A stretch of 64,000 nucleotides of DNA from Thermodesulfobacteriota bacterium (GCA_040755455.1 JBFMAY010000002.1:128001-192000), one strand, 5' to 3'; shown: positions 47,456 through 56,979, counted from the stretch's first letter. Notes: generated by a model not told the origin, from the letters alone. Numbers and translations: made by a program.

Positions 47456-48412
47456 ATGATGCAGGGGGTTTCCGCAACTTTCTCCCAACGTATTGCCGTG
47501 CTTGTCCCATGTTACAATGAGGAAAAAACCGTGGCCCAGGTGGTGCAGGACTTTAGCAAAGTCCTGCCGCAGGCGAAGATCTACGTGTACGACAACAACT
47601 CGAAAGACCAGACCGTCCAGCGGGCTGCCGCGGCCGGGGCCATTATCCGGACGGAAAAACACCAGGGCAAAGGCAACGTGATGCGCCGCATGTTCTCCGA
47701 CATCGAGGCCGATATCTATGTGCTGGTTGACGGCGACAACACCTACCATGCCCCCAGCACCCCGGCCATGATTGACCGGCTGCTCAACGAACAGCTGGAC
47801 ATGGTGGTCGGCTCCCGGCTCACCGCCCATGAGGGGGCGGCGTCCTTCCGCCGCGGCCACCAGTTCGGCAACCGGCTGCTCACCGGCTTTGTCTCCCTGC
47901 TGTTCGGCCGCAGCCTGACCGATATGCTGTCCGGCTTCCGCGTCATGTCACGCCGCTTTGTCAAATCCTTCCCGGCCCTGTCCAAGGGATTCGAGACCGA
48001 GACCGAACTCACCGTGCATGCCCTGGAGCTGCGGATGCCCATCACCGAAATCGTTACCCCCTATGGTTCCAGGCCGGCCGGCTCGGAAAGCAAACTGAAC
48101 ACCTACCGGGACGGCCTGCGTATCCTACTGACCATCATCAACCTCTTCAAGGAGGAGCGGCCCCTGGCCTTCTTCTCCATCCTTTTCGCCCTGCTGGCCA
48201 GCTTCTCGATCATTCTCGCCGTGCCGCTGTTCATCACCTACGCGGAAACCGGCCTGGTGCCCCGCTTCCCCACCGCCCTGCTGGCCACCGGCACCATGCT
48301 GCTCGCCTTTCTCAGCCTGACCTGCGGCCTGATCCTCGACACCGTCACCCATGGCCGCCGTGAGCTGAAGCGCCTGAGCTATCTCTCCATTGCCGCGCCG
48401 GGGCATGAATGA
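47456..48412 (+). CDS. GT2 polyprenol-phosphate glycosyltransferase (GtrB-like)
   Basis: VPCYNEE, DNNSKD, GKG, VDGD, DMLSGFR, two C-terminal TMs. Confidence 0.9.
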   Translation: MMQGVSATFSQRIAVLVPCYNEEKTVAQVVQDFSKVLPQAKIYVYDNNSKDQTVQRAAAAGAIIRTEKHQGKGNVMRRMFSDIEADIYVLVDGDNTYHAPSTPAMIDRLLNEQLDMVVGSRLTAHEGAASFRRGHQFGNRLLTGFVSLLFGRSLTDMLSGFRVMSRRFVKSFPALSKGFETETELTVHALELRMPITEIVTPYGSRPAGSESKLNTYRDGLRILLTIINLFKEERPLAFFSILFALLASFSIILAVPLFITYAETGLVPRFPTALLATGTMLLAFLSLTCGLILDTVTHGRRELKRLSYLSIAAPGHE

Positions 48413-48830
48413 TGACGGCAGGGGCAACAGCATGGTGACGGAATTCTTCAAATTCTCCCTGGTGGGCACCCTGGGCTTTGTGGTGGACGCCGCCAGTCTG
48501 CAGATCCTGGTCAGCCTGGCCGGCATCAACCCTTACCTGAGCCGGCTTTTCTCCTATCTGCTCGCCGCCACCACCACCTGGTGGTTCAACCGGCGCTTCA
48601 CCTTTGCCGCCGGCAGCGACGGCTGCTGGAAGGGCCAGTGGCTGCGCTATCTGGTGGTCAACGCGGCGGGCGGCGGGGTGAATTACGGGGTCTACGCCCT
48701 CTGCCTCTTCCTGTCGGAGCTGGTCCGGCAGCACCTCTACCTGGGCGTGGCGGCCGGCTCCATCGCCGGTCTGGCGGTCAACTTCACCGCCTCCCGCTAT
48801 CTGGTCTTCAGGAGGCGCAAAACGGCCTGA
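48405..48830 (+). CDS. GtrA-family flippase-like protein
   Basis: FFKFSLVG..GFVVD, NRRFTF, NF..SRYLVF; alternative start 48432. Confidence 0.9.
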   Translation: MNDDGRGNSMVTEFFKFSLVGTLGFVVDAASLQILVSLAGINPYLSRLFSYLLAATTTWWFNRRFTFAAGSDGCWKGQWLRYLVVNAAGGGVNYGVYALCLFLSELVRQHLYLGVAAGSIAGLAVNFTASRYLVFRRRKTA

Positions 48831-48935
48831 TTTTGCCCGTATTCCTGATAATTGCTGCACATTTCCCTCATTCCGGTTTATAGTGGCCCCATGATAAAAT
48901 TCCTGTGAACCTCTGCGCATTTCCCGGGCAACCTG

Positions 48936-49853
48936 GTGAAAAAGTACCTTCCCCTCACTTCCCTGCTGCTGGCCGCCATCCTTTACTCCACCGTGGCCAG
49001 CGCTTTTGCCGGCCTGTATCCCGATCGGAACGCTGGCAATGTACCATGCAGCGCCTCTGCCGCCGGCTTTACCGACAAAAGGGAAGCGGCCGCAGACCGG
49101 CCGGCAATGGACACCACCTTTCATATCCCCTTGCTTGGCGACCGCGACGCCGGCAGCTACTCTTTACCGATGCTGGCCGCGATCCTTGGGCTGGTGGATG
49201 GTTTCAACCCCTGCGCCATGTGGGTGCTGGTTTATCTCATCTCGCTGATCATGGGCCTCAACGACCGCAAAAAGATCTGGCTGCTGGTCGGCTCTTTCCT
49301 CATGGCCTCAGGAGTGCTCTATTTTCTCTTCATGACCGCCTGGCTCAACGCCTTTCTCTTCATCGGCTATCTCCGGCCGCTGACGGTTTTGATCGGCGTC
49401 TTTGCCCTGTGGACCGGGATCAAAAACATCCGCGAGTTCATCGCGACCCGCGGCGCGGCGGTCTGCAAGGTAACGGACGGCGCGGCCAAACAGAAAACCA
49501 TGGGCAGAATCCAGCAGCTGGTCTCCTCGCCGCTTACTCTCGCCAGCATCTTCGGCATCATCGTCCTGGCCTTTGCGGTGAATTCCATCGAGTTCCTCTG
49601 CTCAGCCGGCATACCCGCCATCTTCACCCATGTGCTGGCCCTCAGCGCGGCAGATGCCATGCACTATTACGCCTATATCCTGCTCTATGTCTTTTTCTTC
49701 ATGCTCGATGACCTGCTCATCTTCGCCAGCGCCGTTTTCGCGGTCAACTCCGCGCTGGGCGAAAAATACAGCGGATACTGCAAGGCAGCGGGCGGCATCA
49801 TCATGGTGGTGCTCGGGGTGCTGCTGACCTTCTTTCCGGACATGCTGCGCTGA
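48936..49853 (+). CDS. CcdA/DsbD-like membrane protein
   Basis: GLVDGFNPCAMWVL and EFLCSAGIP intramembrane Cys pair. Confidence 0.7.
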   Translation: MKKYLPLTSLLLAAILYSTVASAFAGLYPDRNAGNVPCSASAAGFTDKREAAADRPAMDTTFHIPLLGDRDAGSYSLPMLAAILGLVDGFNPCAMWVLVYLISLIMGLNDRKKIWLLVGSFLMASGVLYFLFMTAWLNAFLFIGYLRPLTVLIGVFALWTGIKNIREFIATRGAAVCKVTDGAAKQKTMGRIQQLVSSPLTLASIFGIIVLAFAVNSIEFLCSAGIPAIFTHVLALSAADAMHYYAYILLYVFFFMLDDLLIFASAVFAVNSALGEKYSGYCKAAGGIIMVVLGVLLTFFPDMLR

Positions 49854-49968
49854 GGGGGAATGCACGCCGGCAAATTATAACCTTGCCTGACGACATCCGG
49901 ATGGAGTAAAAATAGTGAAACGACACCTAAACAATGCGCCCGACATGCGGCACTGAGAGAAGGAAACC

Positions 49969-50196
49969 ATGAAAAAAAATCAGGCCCTCAAGATTCTGAA
50001 TCCTGTTCTGGGCACTCTTGTCCTGAGCCAGGCCATTACCAGCTCGCTAAAGGATTTTCTCCCCAAGGAACTCTTTGAGGCCGTTCATGGCGGTGGCGGG
50101 GTGCTGCTGGTCTCCGGGGTGGCCCTGCACCTCTATCTGAACTGGAGCTGGGTGCAGGCCACCTATCTGACTAAAAAGGATCTGCCGTCCTCGTAG
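49969..50196 (+). CDS. Small DUF4405-like membrane protein
   Basis: Two TMs, VH...G...LHL.LNW.W pattern; AAGGA RBS. Confidence 0.7.
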   Translation: MKKNQALKILNPVLGTLVLSQAITSSLKDFLPKELFEAVHGGGGVLLVSGVALHLYLNWSWVQATYLTKKDLPSS

Positions 50197-50305
50197 ACCA
50201 GGGAGGCGGGTGGTAATATTTTTTTGGCTTTTTGGATGGGAGGTCGGGGGAATACCGTCCAAAATTTATGACAGGTTGCTCTTAAAAAGAACAGGGAAGA
50301 CAAGG

Positions 50306-50367
50306 GCGTCAACAAGGGGGGTGCCCTGAATCCCATCCAGCACCAGGTCGGGTGCCCTTGTTGACGC
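50306..50367. repeat. Inverted REP-like doublet between convergent genes
   Basis: GCGTCAACAAGGG ... CCCTTGTTGACGC perfect 13-bp IR with GGTGCCCT cores. Confidence 0.65.
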
Positions 50368-50372
50368 GCCAA

Positions 50373-51332
50373 TTAGAAATGGACAAACCAGCGGACATAG
50401 ACGTAATCGGGGTAAGCGCCATAGACATCCCGGCTGCTGCCGTGATAGAGAAAGGCCCCGGCGCTCACCGTCATCTCATCACCGGCGCTGTATTCCACCG
50501 ACGGGCTGACAAAAAAGGATTGATCGTTGAGACTTTGCACGACAAGGCAGTAGACGGTCCACAGGATCCGCGGCTGGAAACTGATGCTCACCGCCAGGTC
50601 ATCGCTTTGCGTCTCATCGCTGAAGCGGTATTCACCTAACACGGTAAGCGAATTGGCAAAACCATATTCCGCCCCGGCAATGAAGTCGGTGTGGCGGTTG
50701 CCGGTGGCGTCATCATGAAAGCTGCCGCCTTCGCTGCGCAGCTCGATGCCGGTGGCAAAAAGCTCCCCTTCCACCTCCCAGCCGATGATGTCCAGCCCCG
50801 CCTCATTGTCATAGAGGCCGACCAGGGCCACATCGGCAAAATCCAGATAGCCCTTGATACGGGCCTCCCCCTTGTCCCGGGACAGGGTGCAATCAAAGCC
50901 GGCCAGCCGGCTCACGGCATACTCATAGCGCAGGGCCTCGGTGCCCGGCCGCTCCTGCGGTTCCACGGACTGGGAATTAATGGGGTTGAAGATGTCGATG
51001 GGGTTCCACACCCGGCCGACGCCGAGCGGAATGCGCTGGCGGCCGATGGTCCAGAAATGGGTTTCGCCGCGGTACTCCAGGTAGCCGCGATAGATTGAGG
51101 TGTCGTCACGCAGGCTGGATGGCCGCTCGATATAGGCCGCCTCATTGTCGATGATGAGCCGCGCGGCAAAGGCCTCGTACTGCTCATGCTGGACGGTGAT
51201 GTCGGCCCGCAGCCGGTTGTAGTCGACAAAATGGGCATCCTCGGCAAACCCCACGATATTGGTGTTTTCCAGGGCATAGTCCGGGATCAGGGCCAGCAGT
51301 CCTGCTGCGGCCATGCTAGCCAGGAAACTCAT
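50373..51332 (-). CDS. Putative outer-membrane beta-barrel protein
   Basis: Signal peptide, IGRQRI..G....WNP.D.FNP, C-terminal YVRWFVHF. Confidence 0.7.
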   Translation of the reverse strand: MSFLASMAAAGLLALIPDYALENTNIVGFAEDAHFVDYNRLRADITVQHEQYEAFAARLIIDNEAAYIERPSSLRDDTSIYRGYLEYRGETHFWTIGRQRIPLGVGRVWNPIDIFNPINSQSVEPQERPGTEALRYEYAVSRLAGFDCTLSRDKGEARIKGYLDFADVALVGLYDNEAGLDIIGWEVEGELFATGIELRSEGGSFHDDATGNRHTDFIAGAEYGFANSLTVLGEYRFSDETQSDDLAVSISFQPRILWTVYCLVVQSLNDQSFFVSPSVEYSAGDEMTVSAGAFLYHGSSRDVYGAYPDYVYVRWFVHF

Positions 51333-52011
51333 CCGCCGCCACCTCACCGTCTTTGAGCAGGATGGAATGTTTCGCCTTGCCGATCACCAGGGGATCATGG
51401 GAGGAGAAGATAATGGTGATCCCCTCGTCCTCATTTAACGCCTGCATCATGTCCATGAGGCCGGTGGCACTCCTTGAATCAAGATTGGCGGTGGGCTCAT
51501 CGGCTAAAATGAGCTTGGGCCGGGAGGCAACGGCCCGGGCCACGGCCACCCGCTGCTGCTGCCCGCCGGAAAGTTCCCCCGGCAACTTGTCGAGCAGCTC
51601 GGCAATGCCCAGCTTCTCGGCCACCTCGCGGCTGCGCTGCTCGCATTCCCCGCGGCTGCGGCCCTGCAGCTGCATGACATACTCGATATTTTCCCTGGCG
51701 GTCAGCACCGGGAGGAGGTTATAGGCCTGGAAGACAAAACCGATATGGTCCCGCCGCAGCCGGGAAAGAAACTTCTCCTCCACCCCGGTGATTTTCTCGC
51801 CGTCAAGCAGCACCTCGCCGGTGGTTGGGCTGTCCAGGCCGCCCATGATGTTCAGCAGGGTGGTCTTGCCGCTGCCGGACGGCCCGTGAATGACCACGAA
51901 TTCCCCCCGGTTGAAGGTGAGGCTGATATCGACCAGGGCACGCACCTGCACCTCCCGGCCGGGATGAAATATCTTGCTGATCTTTTGCACGTCAAGGAAG
52001 GGTTGGGTCAT
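51316..52011 (-). CDS. LolD/MacB-type ABC ATP-binding protein
   Basis: GPSGSGKT, IGFVFQ.YNL, LSGGQQQR, ADEPTANLD. Confidence 0.93.
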   Translation of the reverse strand: MTQPFLDVQKISKIFHPGREVQVRALVDISLTFNRGEFVVIHGPSGSGKTTLLNIMGGLDSPTTGEVLLDGEKITGVEEKFLSRLRRDHIGFVFQAYNLLPVLTARENIEYVMQLQGRSRGECEQRSREVAEKLGIAELLDKLPGELSGGQQQRVAVARAVASRPKLILADEPTANLDSRSATGLMDMMQALNEDEGITIIFSSHDPLVIGKAKHSILLKDGEVAADEFPG

Positions 52012-52056
52012 AATGTATATCCAATGTCATTGGGCATCGCAGGGATAGTTCGCATA

Positions 52057-52298
52057 TTAATGATAGAGGTTGGGCATAACGATAAATTCATGCAATGTGA
52101 TGTTTGCAAAACGATCAACCAATCCCAGCCATTGTTGAGCAACCATTCTGCCGGCATCATTTACAATCATCGCCCATTGTCGATTTTGCCGAACAAATGC
52201 AGATAATTTCTGGTGCACATGGTGATAAAATACATTCCCCTCCGTAAATAATTATACCGTATTGAACGGCGGTGATGGATATCGGGGTTGTATTGCAT
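52057..52298 (-). pseudogene. Decayed REP-associated tyrosine transposase (RAYT, Y1 HUH) fragment
   Basis: Own translation: MQYNPDIHHRRSIRYNYLRRGMYFITMCTRNYLHLFGKIDNG, frameshift, MIVNDAGRMVAQQWLGLVDRFANITLHEFIVMPNLYH*. Confidence 0.85.
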
Positions 52299-52306
52299 AG
52301 CCCCCC

Positions 52307-53530
52307 TTACACCCGGTTGATCGCCTCAACGGGGTTGGCCTTTTTCAACAGATGCAGGGGAAACAGCACGCTGACAAAGGTGGCCAGCATAACCGCGATA
52401 AAGGCGGTGATAAAATACTGGGCGCGGATGACGGCATGGGTGATGACGTCCATGCCGAACTCCTCCAGGCCATGGCTGAAGATGGTCAGATCAAGGCCCT
52501 GCTGGTAAAAATAAAGCAGGGTCGCGCCGCCCGAGAGCGAGCCGGCCACAAAACCCGTGAAGCCCAGGATGAATGATTCGGTGAAAATGATGCCGCGCAC
52601 CTGGGCAAAGGAGGTGCCGATGGCCAGCATGATGCCGAATTCCCGCAATCGCTCAAGCACCGACACCAGCATCACCCCGAAGATGCCCAGGCCGGCCACG
52701 CCGAAGATCAGCACGCTCATGATCAGATTAAAACCCTTCATCATCACCCGGCCCTGCATGAGGGCCGGATAGAGTTCATCCCAGCGCAGTATCTGCAAGG
52801 TGCCGAAATGCTGACGCAGGCTCTGCTGCACCGCCGGGATATCCTTTTCCGCCTGGACAATGACGCTGATCTGGCTCACGCCCTCCGGGGTGGCAAACAG
52901 CTCCCTGGCCTTGTCCATGGCGATGAAAACCGCGGATTCGTCCAGGGCCATGTTGTTGGTGCGCACAATGCCGCTAATGGTGAGCGCCACGGCCGCCACC
53001 TCATGGGCGCTGTTCTGGGCCGAGACAATGAGTTTCCTGCCGATCTTCACCTTGAGCTTTTCCGCCAGCCTCGCCCCGACGAGCACGCCCTTGTTTTTTG
53101 CGCCAAAGCCGTACTCCCCCTCGATCAGATAACCGTCAAGCCGGCCGTGGCTCTTTTCCGCGGCCAGGTCAATCCCGTAGATCATCACGTTGCGGGAATA
53201 ATGGGCCGTGGCCGCCAGCCCCTCCTGGCGCAGGCGAGACACATGGCTTTTCACCCGGGGATCATTGGCAAGGAGTTCGGTGATATCCCCATCCCGGCTG
53301 ATTAGCCGGTGCAGACCGGGGTCCTCCCGAAAGCCTGCGGCAAAAAGGGAGAGCTGCCCGGAATCGCTGCGGATGGCATTGCCGATCATCTGTTCGGTCA
53401 TGCCGTCATAGATGCCTTCCATGAAGAGCAGGCCCCACAGGCTCATACTGATCATCACCACCACCAGCACCGAGCGGGAGGCGCGGCGGGCCAGGGACGC
53501 CCAGGCGATGCGGCAGGAGGTTCTAAACAT
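52307..53530 (-). CDS. LolC/E-MacB-family ABC permease
   Basis: SVLERLREFGIMLAIG, NPVEAI; four-TM topology. Confidence 0.9.
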   Translation of the reverse strand: MFRTSCRIAWASLARRASRSVLVVVMISMSLWGLLFMEGIYDGMTEQMIGNAIRSDSGQLSLFAAGFREDPGLHRLISRDGDITELLANDPRVKSHVSRLRQEGLAATAHYSRNVMIYGIDLAAEKSHGRLDGYLIEGEYGFGAKNKGVLVGARLAEKLKVKIGRKLIVSAQNSAHEVAAVALTISGIVRTNNMALDESAVFIAMDKARELFATPEGVSQISVIVQAEKDIPAVQQSLRQHFGTLQILRWDELYPALMQGRVMMKGFNLIMSVLIFGVAGLGIFGVMLVSVLERLREFGIMLAIGTSFAQVRGIIFTESFILGFTGFVAGSLSGGATLLYFYQQGLDLTIFSHGLEEFGMDVITHAVIRAQYFITAFIAVMLATFVSVLFPLHLLKKANPVEAINRV

Positions 53531-54743
53531 GATGGATCGCCTCGATGGGCCGGAAATTGTTGACCTTGCAGATGGGGTACAGGGTGGCACTCACCGACAG
53601 CACGAACATGATGGCCATGTCGCGCATGATGACCAGCGGGGCAAAATCGGTGGGCATGGCGGTGAGCGCCAGGCCATACTGCTTGAACTGCTCCTCAAAG
53701 CCCGAAAAAACAATGGGATGGATATGGAAATAATAGGCAAGGCTGCCGCCGATCACGCCCCCCAAGAGGACGCTGACCAGGCCCAGCAGGACGCTTTCCA
53801 GCAGCAGCATGGCGAGCACCTGGCCGGGCGTGGTGCCCACCGCCCGCAGGATGCCGATTTCCCGCACCCGGGCATAGATGACGAGCAGGGTATAGATCAT
53901 CACCACAAAAAAAATGACGATAAAGATAATGGCCAGGGTGATGTAGCCGAAGATGGAGTCCACCCGCATGGCCTGAACCAGCCCGGCCATGGTCTGCTGC
54001 CAGGCTGCCGCCTCGTAGTCAGGGCCCAGGCGGGCGCCTATGGCCGCGGCCAGGGTCTCGGCTTCCTCCGGCCGGACCGGCTGCACGATGAAATGGGTGG
54101 CGTAATTTTGCGCGGCCATCACCCGGTCGAAATAGGGCTTGGCCACAAAGGAGGCCCGTGAATCAAAATCAAAGAGCCCGGTCTGAAAGATACCCTTTAC
54201 CGTCAGGTTGTCGGCGGCAAAGGAATAATCGGCGCCGGTGCCGACAAAGGCCAGCTGGTCCCCCACCCCCACCTTGAGCCGCCTGGCCAGTTCGCTGCCC
54301 AGGTACACCCGGGCATCATCAGCGGATGTCAGGTAGCTGCCCTGCTTGAGGGAGGCGGCCAGCCGGGAAATGCCCATCTCCTTTTCCGGCTCAATGGCGG
54401 TGAGCATGCCGCCCACCGCCTTGTCTGCCGAGGAAAAAAGGACATAGGATTCAAAACGGGCGGCAAAAACCGCGATGCCGGGGAAATCACGCAGACTGGC
54501 GCTCACCTGCCCGGCCTCAAAGATCAGGTTCTCCAGGCTCGGGTTGTCCCGGAAATCCCGCTGGGTGATCTGCAGGTAGCCAGGATAGATCTCCACGCTG
54601 CTCTGGATCAGGCGGGCATGGGAGCCGTCCATGTAAGCCGTGGCAAAGACCAGCAGGGCCGTGGTGCAGGCCAGCAGAACCACCGTGATGATGCTGCGTT
54701 TGCCGTAGGCGAAGATGTTTCTGACCGCGATTTTAAAAAACAT
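53523..54743 (-). CDS. LolC/E-MacB-family ABC permease
   Basis: KIAVRNI, RVREIGILRAVG, RPIEAI. Confidence 0.9.
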   Translation of the reverse strand: MFFKIAVRNIFAYGKRSIITVVLLACTTALLVFATAYMDGSHARLIQSSVEIYPGYLQITQRDFRDNPSLENLIFEAGQVSASLRDFPGIAVFAARFESYVLFSSADKAVGGMLTAIEPEKEMGISRLAASLKQGSYLTSADDARVYLGSELARRLKVGVGDQLAFVGTGADYSFAADNLTVKGIFQTGLFDFDSRASFVAKPYFDRVMAAQNYATHFIVQPVRPEEAETLAAAIGARLGPDYEAAAWQQTMAGLVQAMRVDSIFGYITLAIIFIVIFFVVMIYTLLVIYARVREIGILRAVGTTPGQVLAMLLLESVLLGLVSVLLGGVIGGSLAYYFHIHPIVFSGFEEQFKQYGLALTAMPTDFAPLVIMRDMAIMFVLSVSATLYPICKVNNFRPIEAIHHV

Positions 54744-54744
54744 G

Positions 54745-54824
54745 GTTCAGCGTTCCAACGATCAAACGTTTAAGCGATCAAGCGTTTCAGCGTTCCAACG
54801 TTTGAGCGTTGAAACGCTGGAACG
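54745..54824. repeat. Ten degenerate 8-mer tandem repeats (NTNNARCG)
   Basis: gttcagcg ttccaacg atcaaacg tttaagcg atcaagcg tttcagcg ttccaacg tttgagcg ttgaaacg ctggaacg. Confidence 0.9.
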
Positions 54825-54830
54825 TTCTCC

Positions 54831-55577
54831 TTAATCCGAAAAGCGCTGCAGGGCCCGCTTGCTGAAATACTCCTCAGCGATTGGTACGTCAAAGGCCGCC
54901 TCGGTTATTTCGATGATGGTCCGGTTGCCCGCCTTTTCCGGATCATGGGGGATCATCACCCAGCGGGAGGGATAGAGGCGGTCGCCCAGCTGTTTCACCT
55001 CGGTGTACTGCAGGGTGCGCACCAGCAACCCCTCTTCATCAAAATAGCGGACGCTTTTCGGCAGCAGCTCCTTTTGCGCCACCTCCATGACCAGCCGGCC
55101 CCACACCACCGCAGCCTCGGGCCGGGGCAGCAGTTCAATCTCATAGCTATCGACATTCTCGGTGGTGATCCTGGCTTCATAATCCCGGCTGATGGAGCTT
55201 TCCCGCACCAGGTCGTCATTGGTGAAATCGGTGCCCATCCAGCTCTGCAGCATCATGGAGGCGGGGATCTTGATGATCTTTTCAATGCGCGGCACATACT
55301 GCCACATGGCATCGTCAATCTTGAGAAAGGTGATGCCGTAATCCTTGCCCGGATAGGTGATCTTGATGAAGCTTTTCTCGTTGCCCACAGAATAGCTGTC
55401 CATCTTCATGGTGCGGGTGGCGCGGCTGGTGGTGATGATCATGGAGATCTTGAGCACGGCGGTTTTGCCGTTTAAACGCTCCTCCACCTTTTTGATGATC
55501 TCCCGGGCGTCATCCGCCGCCGGCAGCGAGGTGGGCAGGAGGCAGAGGCAGCACAAAAAAAAGGCACGGGTCATCAT
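54831..55577 (-). CDS. LolA-like outer-membrane lipoprotein-sorting protein
   Basis: Signal peptide, P.KD.G..FLK, MWQYVP, SWMGTDFTNDDL; alternative start 55625. Confidence 0.85.
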   Translation of the reverse strand: MMTRAFFLCCLCLLPTSLPAADDAREIIKKVEERLNGKTAVLKISMIITTSRATRTMKMDSYSVGNEKSFIKITYPGKDYGITFLKIDDAMWQYVPRIEKIIKIPASMMLQSWMGTDFTNDDLVRESSISRDYEARITTENVDSYEIELLPRPEAAVVWGRLVMEVAQKELLPKSVRYFDEEGLLVRTLQYTEVKQLGDRLYPSRWVMIPHDPEKAGNRTIIEITEAAFDVPIAEEYFSKRALQRFSD

Positions 55578-55668
55578 GAAAAATGATGCGGCCCGTGCCC
55601 TCTTGCTCTGCGTTGTCAGGTTCATCAGAATATAACACCTGAAAAACAGCAGCCTGTCAACCCCAATG

Positions 55669-56964
55669 CTAATGCTTGAAGGAGCGCTGGCCGGTGAATT
55701 TCATAGCCACCTGGGGATTGGCCTCGTTGCATGCCTCAATGGTTTCGAAATCCCGCATGGAGCCGCCCGCCTGCAGGATGGCGCCCACCCCCTGGCGGAT
55801 ACCCACATCGGCCCCGTCGCGATACGGGAAAAAGGCATCGGAGATCATCACCGAACCGGGCAGGCCGGCCCGGTCCTTTTTGGTCTGGCTGTCAATGGCC
55901 TCCTGGTCCGCCTTGTCGCGCTTGCCCTGCTCGATCTGCAGCACCATGTCGGCATAGGGGATACCCAGCTTGTCAAAGCAGAGAATATCGGCATACTTGA
56001 TATAGGCCTTGTGCACGGCGATCTCGGCCACGCCCACCCGGTCCTGCTCGCCGGTGCCGATGCCCACGGTGCAGCCGTCCTTCACATAAATAACGGAGTT
56101 TGAGGTCACGCCATGCTCCACGGCCCAGCCGAACAGCATGTCGTCAATTTCGGCGGCGGTGGGCTGGCGCTCACAGCGGTATTCCTTGCCCTTATAGGTG
56201 GTGACCGCGTCTTTGAGATGCTCGGGTTTGCGGATGGAGTTGACCGCGGACTGCTGGGCGATGATGCCGCCGTCGATCAGACTCTTGAAATCAACGAAAC
56301 GGAATTTTTCAAAGTCGGCCAGCCGGTCGATGCGGGCCATCTTGATCACCCGCAGGTTCTTGCGGGCCTTGAGGATATCCAGCGTCCCCTCCTCAAAATC
56401 CGGGGCGCACACCACCTCCAGATAGTTGCCGCTGAGCAGCTCTGCCGTGGCCTTGTCAATGGGCCGGCTCATGATCACGGCCCCGCCGAAGGCGGCGATG
56501 CGGTCGGCCCGGTTGGCCCGGTTATAAGCGTCGGCCAGGGTCTTGCCGTAGGCCGCGCCGCAGGGGTTGTTATGCTTGAGGATGACGGCCGCCGGCCGGT
56601 CCATGAGATATTTGAGGATATTGAGACCGTTGTCGATGTCGGTGAGATTGATCTTGCCCGGATGTTTTCCCACCTGCAGCATGTCCTCCACGCTGATACC
56701 GCTGACCAGGCCGTTGCCCGGTTCGATAAATTTGCAGTCGCCCAGCATCAGGTTGCCGTTGACCAGCTCGTAGAGGGCGGCCTCCTGGTCCGGGTTCTCG
56801 CCGTAGCGCACCCCTCGCTCATCAATGGTGCCGTCCTCCATGGGGATCTTCCAGGTCCTCTTGCGATAAACCAGGGTCTGATCGCCAAAGGAAATCTTCA
56901 TCTCCATGGGGAAATGATCGCCTAAAATCGTTGTGTACATCTTTTTCAAATCCTGTGCAGCCAT
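55669..56964 (-). CDS. purH: PurH-family protein, AICAR transformylase domain only
   Basis: RYGENPDQ.A, KHNNPCG, AFGG, SNS, SDAFFP, GGSMRD, FTGQRSFKH; no N-terminal MGS-like domain. Confidence 0.85.
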   Translation of the reverse strand: MAAQDLKKMYTTILGDHFPMEMKISFGDQTLVYRKRTWKIPMEDGTIDERGVRYGENPDQEAALYELVNGNLMLGDCKFIEPGNGLVSGISVEDMLQVGKHPGKINLTDIDNGLNILKYLMDRPAAVILKHNNPCGAAYGKTLADAYNRANRADRIAAFGGAVIMSRPIDKATAELLSGNYLEVVCAPDFEEGTLDILKARKNLRVIKMARIDRLADFEKFRFVDFKSLIDGGIIAQQSAVNSIRKPEHLKDAVTTYKGKEYRCERQPTAAEIDDMLFGWAVEHGVTSNSVIYVKDGCTVGIGTGEQDRVGVAEIAVHKAYIKYADILCFDKLGIPYADMVLQIEQGKRDKADQEAIDSQTKKDRAGLPGSVMISDAFFPYRDGADVGIRQGVGAILQAGGSMRDFETIEACNEANPQVAMKFTGQRSFKH

Positions 56965-56979
56965 AGCTCTCCTCTCTCG

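Noticed and set aside
54745..54824. Repeat array as a CRISPR
   Set aside because: Units are 8 nt and contiguous, with no spacers and no cas genes.
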